Shown here piece after piece: positions 26,794 to 36,254 of a DNA stretch of 64,000 nt. The DNA comes from an uncultured Pseudomonadales bacterium. Lineage in GTDB: Bacteria > Patescibacteriota > Microgenomatia > UBA1400 > MFAQ01. The stretch is from positions 393 to 64,392 of the forward strand of contig CAYHNG010000003.1 in assembly GCA_964357975.1 (NCBI GenBank), given 5' to 3'. The notes under the pieces are model-generated. The model was not told where the DNA came from. It made no database searches and saw nothing but the letters and a program-made list of their open reading frames with translations. The number at the start of each line of letters is the position of its first letter. Position 1 is the first letter of the stretch. The position numbers and the translations under genes are program-made.

Positions 26794-28293
26794 GTGTACA
26801 CCCGACAGCTTTTAGCGGACGAAATTTCACTGATACCGGAACCTCTCGAGAAGACCTTTGATGAATACTCGAGGGCCGGTTTTGAGATCTATTTGGTAGG
26901 GGGCGGAGTGAGAAACTTGATCTTGGGCAAAGTACCTGAGAATTGTGATCTAACAACCAATGCCACACCCGAACAGAGTTTGGAAGTTTTGAAAATGCAT
27001 AGCCCTTTTTATAACAACGATTTTGGGACTGTTTCCTTTAACGTGCTGGTAAACGGGGTAGAAGAACTCTATGAAGTGACGACTTATCGATCGGAAAAAG
27101 AATACTCCGACTACCGACGACCAGACAACGTATCTTGGGGAAAGACTCTAAACGAAGACGTCACCAGACGGGATTTTACGATAAATGCGATCGTTATTGG
27201 AGTAAAAAACTCAAAAACTCAAAAACTCAAAAACTCAAAAATAGAATACGAGTTGATTGATATGGTGGATGGACTGAAGGACTTTGAGAATGGTCTGATT
27301 AGAGCAGTGGGAGACCCCCGAGTCCGTTTTAATGAGGATGCGTTACGGATGATGAGAGCGATCAGGTTCGCGGCCAAGCTAGGATTTGCAATTGAAGAGA
27401 ATACTTTGTCCGCAATTGGCGAAAAAGCGGAACTCTTGGAAAAAATCAGTAAAGAAAGAATTAGAGAAGAATTCTTAAGAATAATTGGATCAAATTATCC
27501 GGCTGATGGAGTCCGACTTCTGATTTCTACCGGACTAATGGATCACTTTTTACCCGAAGTGCTGGAGGGACGTGGGGTTATTCAGGGAGGGCATCACCGA
27601 CTGACTGTACTGGATCATATGCTGGAAGCCCTGCAAGAATGCCCGTCACCGGACCCGATAGTCCGCCTGGCAACCTTCATTCATGATATCGGGAAACCCA
27701 GAAGCCAGAGATTTAAATGCCGAAAGTGCGCCAAAATGTACCGAGACCTGTCAGAGGAAACGACGACGTGTGCCAATTGTGGGTATGTCCAACCGACCAG
27801 AGGAATGGTGACTTTTTACGGACATGAAGTGATCGGAGCGAGGATGGTAAAAGAGATTACCGAACGGTTAAAATTTAACCGGAAACAAAGTGACAAAATC
27901 GTAACGCTGGTTCGTTGGCATATGTTTGCCTACCAACCGGAGATGACGGATGCGGCCATCAGAAGACTGATTAGAAAGGTGGGCAAAGAGAATATCAATG
28001 ATATGGTATTGCTGCGTATTGCCGACAGAAAAGGAAGCGGGGCGAAGACCACCAGTTGGAGATTTATGGAGCTTCAGAAACGTATTGGTGAACAGCTCTT
28101 TGAGCCGATGGAAATAAATGACATGGTGGTGAACGGCCGAGATGTGATGGGAACCCTCAAAGTGTCTCCCGGCCCAATCGTCGGCAAGATACTGAAAGAA
28201 CTATTCGAGGAGGTGCTGGAGGATACCGGCAAGAATAGAAGAGAGTATCTGCTCGGGCGGATAAGGGAGATCGCCAAGAATCCTATAACTTGA
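26794..28293 (+). CDS. cca: CCA-adding tRNA nucleotidyltransferase (poly A polymerase head plus HD domain) with an inserted Cys4 zinc ribbon
   Basis: 499 aa. GGGVRNLILG...DLTT motif. Insert CRKCAKMY...CANCGY. Carries an internal AAAAACTC x4 octamer repeat. Confidence 0.8.
   Translation: MYTRQLLADEISLIPEPLEKTFDEYSRAGFEIYLVGGGVRNLILGKVPENCDLTTNATPEQSLEVLKMHSPFYNNDFGTVSFNVLVNGVEELYEVTTYRSEKEYSDYRRPDNVSWGKTLNEDVTRRDFTINAIVIGVKNSKTQKLKNSKIEYELIDMVDGLKDFENGLIRAVGDPRVRFNEDALRMMRAIRFAAKLGFAIEENTLSAIGEKAELLEKISKERIREEFLRIIGSNYPADGVRLLISTGLMDHFLPEVLEGRGVIQGGHHRLTVLDHMLEALQECPSPDPIVRLATFIHDIGKPRSQRFKCRKCAKMYRDLSEETTTCANCGYVQPTRGMVTFYGHEVIGARMVKEITERLKFNRKQSDKIVTLVRWHMFAYQPEMTDAAIRRLIRKVGKENINDMVLLRIADRKGSGAKTTSWRFMELQKRIGEQLFEPMEINDMVVNGRDVMGTLKVSPGPIVGKILKELFEEVLEDTGKNRREYLLGRIREIAKNPIT
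27205..27236 (+). repeat. perfect tandem octamer repeat (AAAAACTC)x4 inside the cca coding sequence, encoding KNSKTQKLKNSK
   Basis: Read directly from the sequence. Confidence 0.7.
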
Positions 28294-28313
28294 CAATTTG
28301 AGCCCGATGGGTT

Positions 28314-28610
28314 ATGATCGTGGGGTACAAAATCACCATTCTGGAGGCTAAAATGGACATTATTAAAGAACGCGCCGGCGAGAGGCTGATCGTGCGCACT
28401 AACAGCTACGGGCACGGTCTCGAGTTCATCGAGGCTCTGGTAGCTGAGGCGATGAAAGATTTCCCTCAGCTGAAGCGCAGCGATATCACGGTCGAGAAAT
28501 ACGGTGGAGATCGGATCAAACGGATCTGGGGAGTGGAGTTTGATCTTCCCCAGCAAACCGCCATGCCACTGAACTATGTGGACATCGGAACTTTGCACCC
28601 AACCATCTAA
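28314..28610 (+). CDS. hypothetical protein
   Basis: 98 aa. An alternative start is the internal MDIIKERAG. Confidence 0.4.
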   Translation: MIVGYKITILEAKMDIIKERAGERLIVRTNSYGHGLEFIEALVAEAMKDFPQLKRSDITVEKYGGDRIKRIWGVEFDLPQQTAMPLNYVDIGTLHPTI

Positions 28611-28620
28611 GCAAGACAAG

Positions 28621-28646
28621 CTCTGATAACCTCAGAGCTTTTTTAT
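28621..28646 (+). terminator. Rho-independent terminator (CTCTGA-TAACC-TCAGAG followed by CTTTTTTATT)
   Basis: Hairpin plus T-run immediately after the 28610 stop. Confidence 0.6.
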
Positions 28647-28685
28647 TGACTTAATCGAAATGCTAGAGGAGTAGAATAATAAGTC

Positions 28686-29249
28686 ATGAAAGCAATAATT
28701 TTTGATTTAAACGGGGTGTTGATTTTGGATAAACCAGGATATCAATCCTCTGAGTCTGAACATAAATTTTTTAAAAGGATGGGACTTTCTCTTAATGATT
28801 CTAGGGAGAAAGAAAGAATAAAAATTGAACAAGGGTGGGACGATGATCAGTTCTGGAAGTATGTCGGCAACGGGTGGAAAGGAGCTATCCCGAACACGGA
28901 GTTGATTCAAATAATTAAAGAAATTAGAGAGAAGGGAATGAAAACTGCAATAATCTCGAACACGTCCGGTCTGATAATGAGAGAAAAAATAAATCAATAT
29001 TTTGGAGAAGATATCAATTCACTATTTGACGAGATAATTATTTCTTCCGAAGTTGGATTGTTAAAGCCCGATCCGGAAATTTTTAGACTCACACTGACGA
29101 AGCTGAAGGTTGCGGCCCATGATAGCGTGATGGTGGATGATTCCGACGATTATCTTAGGGGTGCAAGGCATTTGGGAATAACGTGTTTTCACTTTACCGA
29201 TAATGAAAGCTTGACCCAAAACTTCAAGAAATTAGGGATCCTGGACTAA
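28686..29249 (+). CDS. HAD-superfamily hydrolase
   Basis: 187 aa. Motif I IIFDLNGVL, ISNTS, and C-terminal VMVDDSDD. Confidence 0.75.
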   Translation: MKAIIFDLNGVLILDKPGYQSSESEHKFFKRMGLSLNDSREKERIKIEQGWDDDQFWKYVGNGWKGAIPNTELIQIIKEIREKGMKTAIISNTSGLIMREKINQYFGEDINSLFDEIIISSEVGLLKPDPEIFRLTLTKLKVAAHDSVMVDDSDDYLRGARHLGITCFHFTDNESLTQNFKKLGILD

Positions 29250-29284
29250 ATTACGGGAGGAGATTGACTGGAGTAGAATGAGGA

Positions 29285-29983
29285 ATGACGATATCAGAAA
29301 AAGGACGGTTCGGTTCGGCAGAGAAGAATATTGAAACGGCACGGACTCCAGAAGAGGCGATCATCATTATCACAGAGGAAGAATGTAGGATAGCGCTTAA
29401 AAGACTGAGGGTGATCTTTGCCGAAACATTCCCAAATCCCCATGAAGTTTCTGTCGTTCCAATACTCCGGAGCGGCCTAAGGCTGGCTAGAGACTTGACC
29501 GACCCGATAGGGCTGAAACTAAATCCCATGCGGATGACCTATTACCGCGAAGATACCAGCCGATTACCTTCTCCAATATGTCTCACGCCTCCGGATATGT
29601 CCAGGATTTTAACCCACGAAGGAAAAACTAAACCGGTCATCTTTACCGAATGTGTGGTTGAGTCACAAGGAACAGTATTGGCAGCCATCAAAGAGATTAA
29701 TGACAGAATTAATATCATCAACACACAGGAAGACGGGAAGTTTGATTATCCTGAGTATCATACTTTTGCTTATGTGACCAAAACCGGAGACCATCCGGTA
29801 TTGATTCCCAATTTAGTCGCGGGCTTTGCCGTCCACCAGGACGTGTGGGTAGGCGGTTTGGGCTGTGATCTTCCCGGCGATAAAGGAAGAGATCTCGCAT
29901 ACTTGGTAGGTATACTATCCCCTTTTGCGACAGAGATACCAAGTCAACCGTATTACTTACCAATGCCTACTTTCTGCGAGTAA
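29285..29983 (+). CDS. phosphoribosyltransferase-like (type I PRTase fold) protein
   Basis: 232 aa. VVPILRSGLRLARDL and VIFTECVVESQGTV resemble HGPRT PRPP-binding loops. Confidence 0.4.
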   Translation: MTISEKGRFGSAEKNIETARTPEEAIIIITEEECRIALKRLRVIFAETFPNPHEVSVVPILRSGLRLARDLTDPIGLKLNPMRMTYYREDTSRLPSPICLTPPDMSRILTHEGKTKPVIFTECVVESQGTVLAAIKEINDRINIINTQEDGKFDYPEYHTFAYVTKTGDHPVLIPNLVAGFAVHQDVWVGGLGCDLPGDKGRDLAYLVGILSPFATEIPSQPYYLPMPTFCE

Positions 29984-30821
29984 ATTTATCCCAGACAACT
30001 AAGAGCGGGGCGGCGGTAAAGGTAGAGGAGTAAGTCCCGGTAATAGTGCCAATGAGAAGAGCTAAAGAAAAATATTTGGTGGTTTCACCTCCCATGAGAA
30101 ACATGGCAAGAAGCATAAAGATAATGGTTAAGGAGTTGTTCAAAGATCTGGCCATGGTTTCGGTAACAGCCTGATTTACTAAAGAAACATAATCGGAATT
30201 TTTGTTCTTGTGACTTAACTCTCGAATTCGGTCATAAACCACGATGGTATCGTGAACCGAAAAAGACAGGATGGTCAAGACAGCGGTGACGAAAAGCAAA
30301 TCGATTTCGATGCCACCAAAGTGGCCCAACAAAGAAAATGCGCCGAGCAAGACCGCTGTGTCATGAAACATGGCCAGCACAGCACAAATACCATACTTCA
30401 GTTGTTTAAAGGCAAGACTAATGTAGGTTAACAACAAAAGCGAAACAATGGCCAGGGCGTTTATTGTCTTCTTGATAGTTTCCTTGCCAAGCGCCGGTCC
30501 GATAGTTTCGAAATTGGTAAGACTAATTCCGGGGTTGTCCTTTTTTAACGAATCGAGAACCTTCTGTACCGTATCCTGAGAGATCTCTTTCGACTTAATG
30601 GTAATGCTTTTGCCGTCAGAACTTTCCAAGATAGGTGTGTTCTCTTTGAATGACTGAAGAATGGTTTCCGGGGATGCTTGAATGGAGACGAGGGTAAAAC
30701 GTGAACCACCGGTAAACTCGATGGAAGGCTTCAAACCAAAACGGAGAAGAGAGTAGATACCGGGAATAATGACGACGGCAGAAATTACAAAGTATAGTGA
30801 AAGGTGCTTCATCCAGTTCAT
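29967..30821 (-). CDS. secF: protein translocase subunit SecF
   Basis: 284 aa with SecF-typical TM topology, immediately downstream of secD. Confidence 0.85.
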   Translation of the reverse strand: MNWMKHLSLYFVISAVVIIPGIYSLLRFGLKPSIEFTGGSRFTLVSIQASPETILQSFKENTPILESSDGKSITIKSKEISQDTVQKVLDSLKKDNPGISLTNFETIGPALGKETIKKTINALAIVSLLLLTYISLAFKQLKYGICAVLAMFHDTAVLLGAFSLLGHFGGIEIDLLFVTAVLTILSFSVHDTIVVYDRIRELSHKNKNSDYVSLVNQAVTETMARSLNNSLTIIFMLLAMFLMGGETTKYFSLALLIGTITGTYSSTFTAAPLLVVWDKFTRRK

Positions 30822-30857
30822 AGCGGTTGTTTCGTATTGTGTATTAAGTATTATGTA

Positions 30858-32195
30858 TTAGGTATTGATTTTGGATTTGCCTTTGAAGAAGACGCGAAGG
30901 AGATTTCGAGTAACCACAATACCGGTAAAGAGAGAAATGAAGATTCCCAGTATTAAAGTTAGAGCGAAACCCCTGACGGAACCGGAAGTATTCAGAAAAC
31001 TCCATTCAAGTGGGTTAAAAAGAATTAAACCAGTGATGATGGTGGCAGTGTTGGCGTCTTTGATGGAATCCCACGCCCGGCCAAAGGCCAACTCCAAACC
31101 GACCCGCCAGTCACGACCCGCACGAATTTCTTCTTTGTAACGCTCAAAGACCAGGATATTGCTATCAACAGCCATACCGACAGAGAGAAGGAAGCCGGCA
31201 ATACCGGGAAGGCTAAGGACTACCGGAATTAACTTGTAGAGAGCTAACGTAAAAATACCGTAGAGTACAAGTCCAATTGAAGCAATAAAGCCCATCGTTC
31301 CGTAATAAGTAATCATAAAGAAAATGACCATAGAGAGACCTATGGCCCCAGCCGTAATACTCTTTTGGATGGAGTATGCTCCTAGTGTGGCCGGAATATT
31401 CTTTTGACTGAGAATGGAGACGGGGACCGGAAGCGCACCGGCATTAAGTTGAATAGAAAGAGCTTTAGCCTCTTCGGTAGTAAACTTTCCGGTAATCACG
31501 GCACTACCATTATCAATTTCTGTCTGCACTGTCGGCATGGTAATTGGATATCCATCTAAAAGAATGGCAATGGGCTTACCGATGTTTTCTTTGGTTAACT
31601 TCGAAAATTTATTTTTCCCCGATTCTTTAAAGGTGAGGGAGACTGCCGGACTTCTATCCTGTGATTCGAAGGTGACTTGGGCTCGCTGAAGATCGGCTCC
31701 GGTAAGCTCGGTGGGAGTAAAACCGGTAAGTGACGCGGAATCGGAGGCCGTTTGACCGGGAGTATAGACAGGCAGAGCGAAGACCATTTTGGCAGTTTGA
31801 CCGATGAGTGTGAGTGCTTGTTGGGGATCAGTGACACCAGGAAGCTCCAGAATTAGACGGTAATCATTCCCGGATGTGGCTGTCTTGACACCAGACTCCG
31901 AGACTCCAAAAAGGTCTACACGACGTCCAATGACTTCTTTTAGTGACTCCAGAGCAGAGACCCTATCTGACCAGGCGATCTCTTTCATGTCGGCGTTTAG
32001 TACCACCTGAAGACCACCTTTGATGTCAAGACCTTGTTTAAGTTCAATCTCTTTGGACAGGTCGATCGTGCCGAACTTGACGTTTGCACGAGGAACGGTG
32101 AAACGACCAATCTTGGCTGGAAGAATGATATACAGGGAAACGATGGTTAGGAGCAAAATAGACAGAGATATCTTTTTTGGTTTTGAAAGAGTCAT
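30858..32195 (-). CDS. secD: protein translocase subunit SecD
   Basis: 445 aa with a periplasmic domain plus 6 TM helices. Conserved SecD C-terminal region. Confidence 0.85.
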   Translation of the reverse strand: MTLSKPKKISLSILLLTIVSLYIILPAKIGRFTVPRANVKFGTIDLSKEIELKQGLDIKGGLQVVLNADMKEIAWSDRVSALESLKEVIGRRVDLFGVSESGVKTATSGNDYRLILELPGVTDPQQALTLIGQTAKMVFALPVYTPGQTASDSASLTGFTPTELTGADLQRAQVTFESQDRSPAVSLTFKESGKNKFSKLTKENIGKPIAILLDGYPITMPTVQTEIDNGSAVITGKFTTEEAKALSIQLNAGALPVPVSILSQKNIPATLGAYSIQKSITAGAIGLSMVIFFMITYYGTMGFIASIGLVLYGIFTLALYKLIPVVLSLPGIAGFLLSVGMAVDSNILVFERYKEEIRAGRDWRVGLELAFGRAWDSIKDANTATIITGLILFNPLEWSFLNTSGSVRGFALTLILGIFISLFTGIVVTRNLLRVFFKGKSKINT

Positions 32196-32293
32196 ATATT
32201 TTTACTTAATGGCGTGAGATTCCTCGACTTCGCTCGGAATGACGGTTTTAATTATAAAGGCCATGTTGTCGCGGAGTGTAATAAGAAATTATA

Positions 32294-32497
32294 TTATTTT
32301 ATTATGTTTTTTCTCGAGGGGGAAAGCCCCAAACTAAGCTGGTGACTATCGATAAAATTAAGCGTGAGCGTGTTGTTTAAATTGTTGACCACCTCAATCT
32401 GGTCACCCTGCTTGAGTGAGAGGTTTTTGACTAAACTTGAAGGGAGAGTTACTCCAAGTGAGTTACCCACCTTTAATATTTTTTGAGTTGGCATCAA
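32294..32497 (-). CDS. AbrB/MazE/SpoVT-family DNA-binding protein, antitoxin-like
   Basis: 67 aa. ILKVGNSLGVTLPSSLVKNLSLKQGDQIEV is a swapped-hairpin AbrB-type motif. Confidence 0.55.
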   Translation of the reverse strand: MMPTQKILKVGNSLGVTLPSSLVKNLSLKQGDQIEVVNNLNNTLTLNFIDSHQLSLGLSPSRKNIIK

Positions 32498-33075
32498 CTT
32501 AGTAATTGAATTTCGTCTCCAATTAAAGTAATTCTGGGCTGAAGCAGAACCTTTACGATAAAGGGGTCTTTGTGGGTTTTACGATAATTGAACTCTTCTT
32601 CAGTCATACAAGAGTAGTTTAGTTCTGTGTTGAGCATTTTTTCAATCTGTTTAACAACGAGGGACACCTGAGGCATGATGACTTTGCCAATGATCATGAG
32701 GTCGACCTCATCTGTGTCTCGTTTGAGCCCTCGAGAGAGTTTCTGAGAAACAAAGGCAAATTTAACAAAACCCAACTTACTTCGATTTTTGATAACGAGA
32801 CGCCCAAAACCGGTTGATTTGATAACTAAGTTCGTAAGCTCCGGGTAGAGGGGAAAAGTGGTTTTGACGGAGTAATAAAGGCGGTTACCGCGCTTTTCAC
32901 TGCTAAGTAAGCCGGCTTTTTGAAGATGATCCAACTCTCTTCTAACGGCATTGATTTCTTCTTTGGTAAGACGAGTTATTTCACGAACATAAAACATTTC
33001 TTTCGTTTGAGAAAGAAATAGTTTTAAGAGCTTTACTCTTACTTTGGAAATAATTAGATCAGATAATTTGGCCAT
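32494..33075 (-). CDS. winged-helix DNA-binding protein with a C-terminal domain of unknown function
   Basis: 193 aa. N-terminal wHTH-like region (VREITRLTKEEINAVRRELDHLQKAGLL). Its stop overlaps the start of the AbrB-like gene. Confidence 0.4.
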   Translation of the reverse strand: MAKLSDLIISKVRVKLLKLFLSQTKEMFYVREITRLTKEEINAVRRELDHLQKAGLLSSEKRGNRLYYSVKTTFPLYPELTNLVIKSTGFGRLVIKNRSKLGFVKFAFVSQKLSRGLKRDTDEVDLMIIGKVIMPQVSLVVKQIEKMLNTELNYSCMTEEEFNYRKTHKDPFIVKVLLQPRITLIGDEIQLLS

Positions 33076-33097
33076 AAAAGTGGGCAGGCCCTATCAC

Positions 33098-34300
33098 CTA
33101 ATTGTAAACCACTTTGTTGCCAATGGGTAAAATACTTATCCAGATGGCACCAGGATTGAAAGTTATTTCCTTTCCACTTAGATCAGTGAAGATGGTCCTA
33201 GCAGTTTGGGCTGTTTTCTTCCATTTGACTTGAATGGCTTGGCCCTGAGAGAAGAAGATGCCGGTGCCTTCGCCAATAACAGTGTAGAACAGGTGTTTGT
33301 GTTCATCTAAAGGACCTTCTTCTTTGGCAAATTGAACGAGGATATTAGGGACGATAATTTGCTTACCCGTTTCAAGATCGAGGTGGGCTACCCCTCCTTG
33401 GTTCCTTTGGAATTCTTTGGTAGTCGGATCGTACTTCCAGTTAACAGTAAAGTCTTTGTAGTTGGCCCAAAAATCATATTGGATATTTTGAGCTGTTTGT
33501 CCGGCGACATCGGAAGTGCCGACTTTCCACAATTTCATTCCGGAGAGCCAAGTCTTGCCACTAGGCATAAGACTGTTAAAGCCACGCTTTTCGGCTTCTC
33601 TCCAGGCGTAAGAAAGATAACCAACATAAGTATGCTCGGTGGCTATCTCAACTCCCGCTCCGAGACGTTGGTAATCTCTTTTCATAACAGGAACTCCAAT
33701 ATCACCGATAGTGTCAAAGTCGTTACCGCCCGGTTTTCTCCAACCGAGTTTAACTAACTCCTCAAGAGCAAAGGCTTTTTTGTTGGAAGTACACTGACCA
33801 CTGGCTGCATCCGCACTGCAGTTTCCACCACCAACATGCATGTAGATAGGAGTGTTGTATTCGGCGGCAAGGTTGACAAAATATATTCGAGCACTTCTCA
33901 CTGGAGCGACCTTGGCGACATCTGCTTGGGCTCCACAGTAGAAAACCCCCATAAAGCGTGTAATGCCACCCTCGGCTACGGCCTCGTAAACAATGTCGGC
34001 GGAGGCTAGTCCGGACTGTGGGCGGGCATGAATATCATTCTCAATCATGGTCAGAATGGGACGCCTGGCTTCCCAGAGAGTCTTCTCCGATTTTGAATAT
34101 AGCTTGCCATTTAAAGGACAAGCTTCGGTCTTTGGCTCATCGGTGAACTGGCCAAAGCCGGCGGTTTTTTTATCTGTAGGGATTTCAGCTTTCGGGGAGA
34201 CGAGTCCTCCACCAGTGGAAGGAACTACGGCGTAAGCAAGACCGGCAGAAACAAAAAAAGTAACGACTAAAGAAATAATAAGCTTAGGACTGAATTTCAT
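33098..34300 (-). CDS. DUF3048-family secreted/lipoprotein (YerB-like)
   Basis: 400 aa. Signal peptide, and ADIVYEAVAEGGITRFMGVFY, which is typical of the DUF3048 N-domain. Confidence 0.5.
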   Translation of the reverse strand: MKFSPKLIISLVVTFFVSAGLAYAVVPSTGGGLVSPKAEIPTDKKTAGFGQFTDEPKTEACPLNGKLYSKSEKTLWEARRPILTMIENDIHARPQSGLASADIVYEAVAEGGITRFMGVFYCGAQADVAKVAPVRSARIYFVNLAAEYNTPIYMHVGGGNCSADAASGQCTSNKKAFALEELVKLGWRKPGGNDFDTIGDIGVPVMKRDYQRLGAGVEIATEHTYVGYLSYAWREAEKRGFNSLMPSGKTWLSGMKLWKVGTSDVAGQTAQNIQYDFWANYKDFTVNWKYDPTTKEFQRNQGGVAHLDLETGKQIIVPNILVQFAKEEGPLDEHKHLFYTVIGEGTGIFFSQGQAIQVKWKKTAQTARTIFTDLSGKEITFNPGAIWISILPIGNKVVYN

Positions 34301-34308
34301 AAATTGTT

Positions 34309-34761
34309 TTATTTTATGGCCTCATTGATAACTTCTTGTTCTTCTTTGGAGAGGGCTTGACTGACAACCTGACCACCCTCGACTCTCTTGGCATAGAGTC
34401 GGGTATTTTCCCGACTATGTAAAGAGCTTATCATAATACCATCTCCATTATCATCAAGAAAAGCGGCAGAGAAGCTTTGGTCTCCGCCAGTATCCGTAAA
34501 GGGATTGTACCGTCTAAAACCCAAACGCTGAAGATGTTTTTTGTTTTCAACAACTTCTCCAGAAAGTTTTTCCTGAAGTGATTTGAGGTCGTCCGAGTGA
34601 CTATCTAAAGTGGAAATGAGATGATTTAGGGAAGAGATTAAGTCTTTCTTAGAAACATCGGCCGTAAGATGATTGTAATGAAGCATAAGACGAACCAGAA
34701 GAAAAGTAATGATGATTAACCAGAGGGCAAAAATCGCATAAAATAAATAGGCCGATACCAT
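34309..34761 (-). CDS. DUF4446-family membrane protein
   Basis: 150 aa. N-terminal TM helix, and RYNPFTDTGGDQSFSAAFLDDNGDGIMISSL. Confidence 0.5.
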   Translation of the reverse strand: MVSAYLFYAIFALWLIIITFLLVRLMLHYNHLTADVSKKDLISSLNHLISTLDSHSDDLKSLQEKLSGEVVENKKHLQRLGFRRYNPFTDTGGDQSFSAAFLDDNGDGIMISSLHSRENTRLYAKRVEGGQVVSQALSKEEQEVINEAIK

Positions 34762-34800
34762 AGTGGATTCATTTTACTATATAAAGATATAATATTAAGC

Positions 34801-35043
34801 ATGAGTAGACAAAGAAAAACTAAAAGAGAAAAACTCCAGACTCAAGAGAGAAAACAAAGGACAGAAGGTTTCGTCATAAAAGACGAGTGGCTGTCCTCCG
34901 ATGTAAAAAAACCTCTTGCCTTGTCCGTGCCGGACACTGGGGACAGGAAGTTCTTTAAGGCAGACTTGACAAAGACATTGATCCTGACTATGCTTGTCGT
35001 AGCCTTCGAGCTAGCCTTGTGGCAATATTTATCGAGGCATTAA
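34801..35043 (+). CDS. hypothetical small membrane protein
   Basis: 80 aa. Basic N-terminus plus a C-terminal TM helix. Confidence 0.3.
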   Translation: MSRQRKTKREKLQTQERKQRTEGFVIKDEWLSSDVKKPLALSVPDTGDRKFFKADLTKTLILTMLVVAFELALWQYLSRH

Positions 35044-35071
35044 CTAAAAAGAAAGGGGGTGAACCAAGTAA

Positions 35072-35212
35072 ATGCAGATCTATTGTGTAAAATGTAGAGC
35101 CAAAAAAGAGGTGGCTGAATTCGAGAGAGTTACCATGAAAAATGGTAAACCAGCAGTGAAAGCTGTTTGTCCTACCTGTGGAACCAAGATGTTTAAAATC
35201 GGCGCCAAGTAA
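35072..35212 (+). CDS. small zinc-ribbon protein (46 aa, MQIYCVKCRAKKEV...CPTCGTKMFKIGAK), not in the ORF track
   Basis: Strong SD AAAGGGGGTGAA 8 nt upstream of the ATG at 35072. CxxC...CxxC. Stop at 35210-35212. Confidence 0.5.
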   Translation: MQIYCVKCRAKKEVAEFERVTMKNGKPAVKAVCPTCGTKMFKIGAK

Positions 35213-35280
35213 TTTGGTTCGATCCAAGAACCCGAGTAAGAGAAATCAAACTTGGGTTTTTTGGTGTTTCACCTGATATA

Positions 35281-35307
35281 AAAAAGCGGTCTCTAGCTAG
35301 AGACCGC
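35281..35307 (-). terminator. Rho-independent terminator (GCGGTCTCT-AGCT-AGAGACCGC, with a T-run on the minus strand)
   Basis: Perfect 9-bp stem just downstream of the minus-strand gene ending at 35320. Confidence 0.6.
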
Positions 35308-35319
35308 TCACGACCAAAA

Positions 35320-36090
35320 CTAGAATGCAACCCCGATCATGCGAATGCGTGGACGCATCCAGCTCATGATCAGACCGCCCACTTGGCGGAAATCGGGGTG
35401 CTCACCATTCTGAGGATATTTCACCTCGAGAACCAACTCCCCTTCTTTCTCAGACTTGTCCAGGTACCGCTTGGAGGTCATGTCCAGAACCAATTGCTTG
35501 TTGGAGAATGACCAGAAGTGTTTACCCGGTGTCACTTTGTAGACCAACAGACCGTTTCCGGATTGATACTCACAGGTATAGCCGGCAGCGGTCAGTTTGT
35601 CCGCCAGGTAATCGATAAACGACACCTGGTAGTGCCGGCAACCACAAACCATATCCCAGGGAGCATTCGAGAAAGCCACCAGCGAAGTATCGCTACGCCC
35701 GCATGCCGGACAGGTTGCCGGATGCGAGACCGAAGACATGCAGCCCTGTGCGAACTCTACCTCATGAAGGTAAAGTCCATATGCCTCTTTGAATCTATTG
35801 CTGATTGGGGTGCACAGATGAGGATTGGTGGCGTGTATTACCAGGCTTAAACCGCCGGCGGAATTACGCAGGATCTCTATCCGGCAAGACTGCTTGTTCT
35901 CGAAGTCGATTCGGTAAGAATCCGTGCGGATGGGAAACGCTCGATCCACATGGATGAAGGTAATCTTGTACTCCGGGAACAACCGGACCAAAAACGGGAG
36001 TAGTTTCTCGGTGAACCGACATTCGGGGCAATGTACGCCCTTGTCTGTGGTGGCGAACATCTTATCTTTTAGGCATCTAGGACACTTCAC
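35320..36090 (-). CDS. hypothetical Cys-rich/zinc-ribbon protein; visibly GC-richer than neighbouring genes
   Basis: 256 aa. N-terminal CPRC...CPEC, and an internal CPACG...CGCRH. Confidence 0.5.
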   Translation of the reverse strand: MKCPRCLKDKMFATTDKGVHCPECRFTEKLLPFLVRLFPEYKITFIHVDRAFPIRTDSYRIDFENKQSCRIEILRNSAGGLSLVIHATNPHLCTPISNRFKEAYGLYLHEVEFAQGCMSSVSHPATCPACGRSDTSLVAFSNAPWDMVCGCRHYQVSFIDYLADKLTAAGYTCEYQSGNGLLVYKVTPGKHFWSFSNKQLVLDMTSKRYLDKSEKEGELVLEVKYPQNGEHPDFRQVGGLIMSWMRPRIRMIGVAF

Positions 36091-36254
36091 GGCTTCCTCC
36101 TTAGGGGAAATGGTTGATTTTGAGTATTATTTTAAGTTGCCCGAAGATTCTATCATATTATGGGCTTAAAGTCAAGCCAATCAAGCACAAATCAGTCAAT
36201 GAAGGCTCCGGAATGAAATAGACATGCGAGCCTAATAGAAGAACGGAGTGAGGA

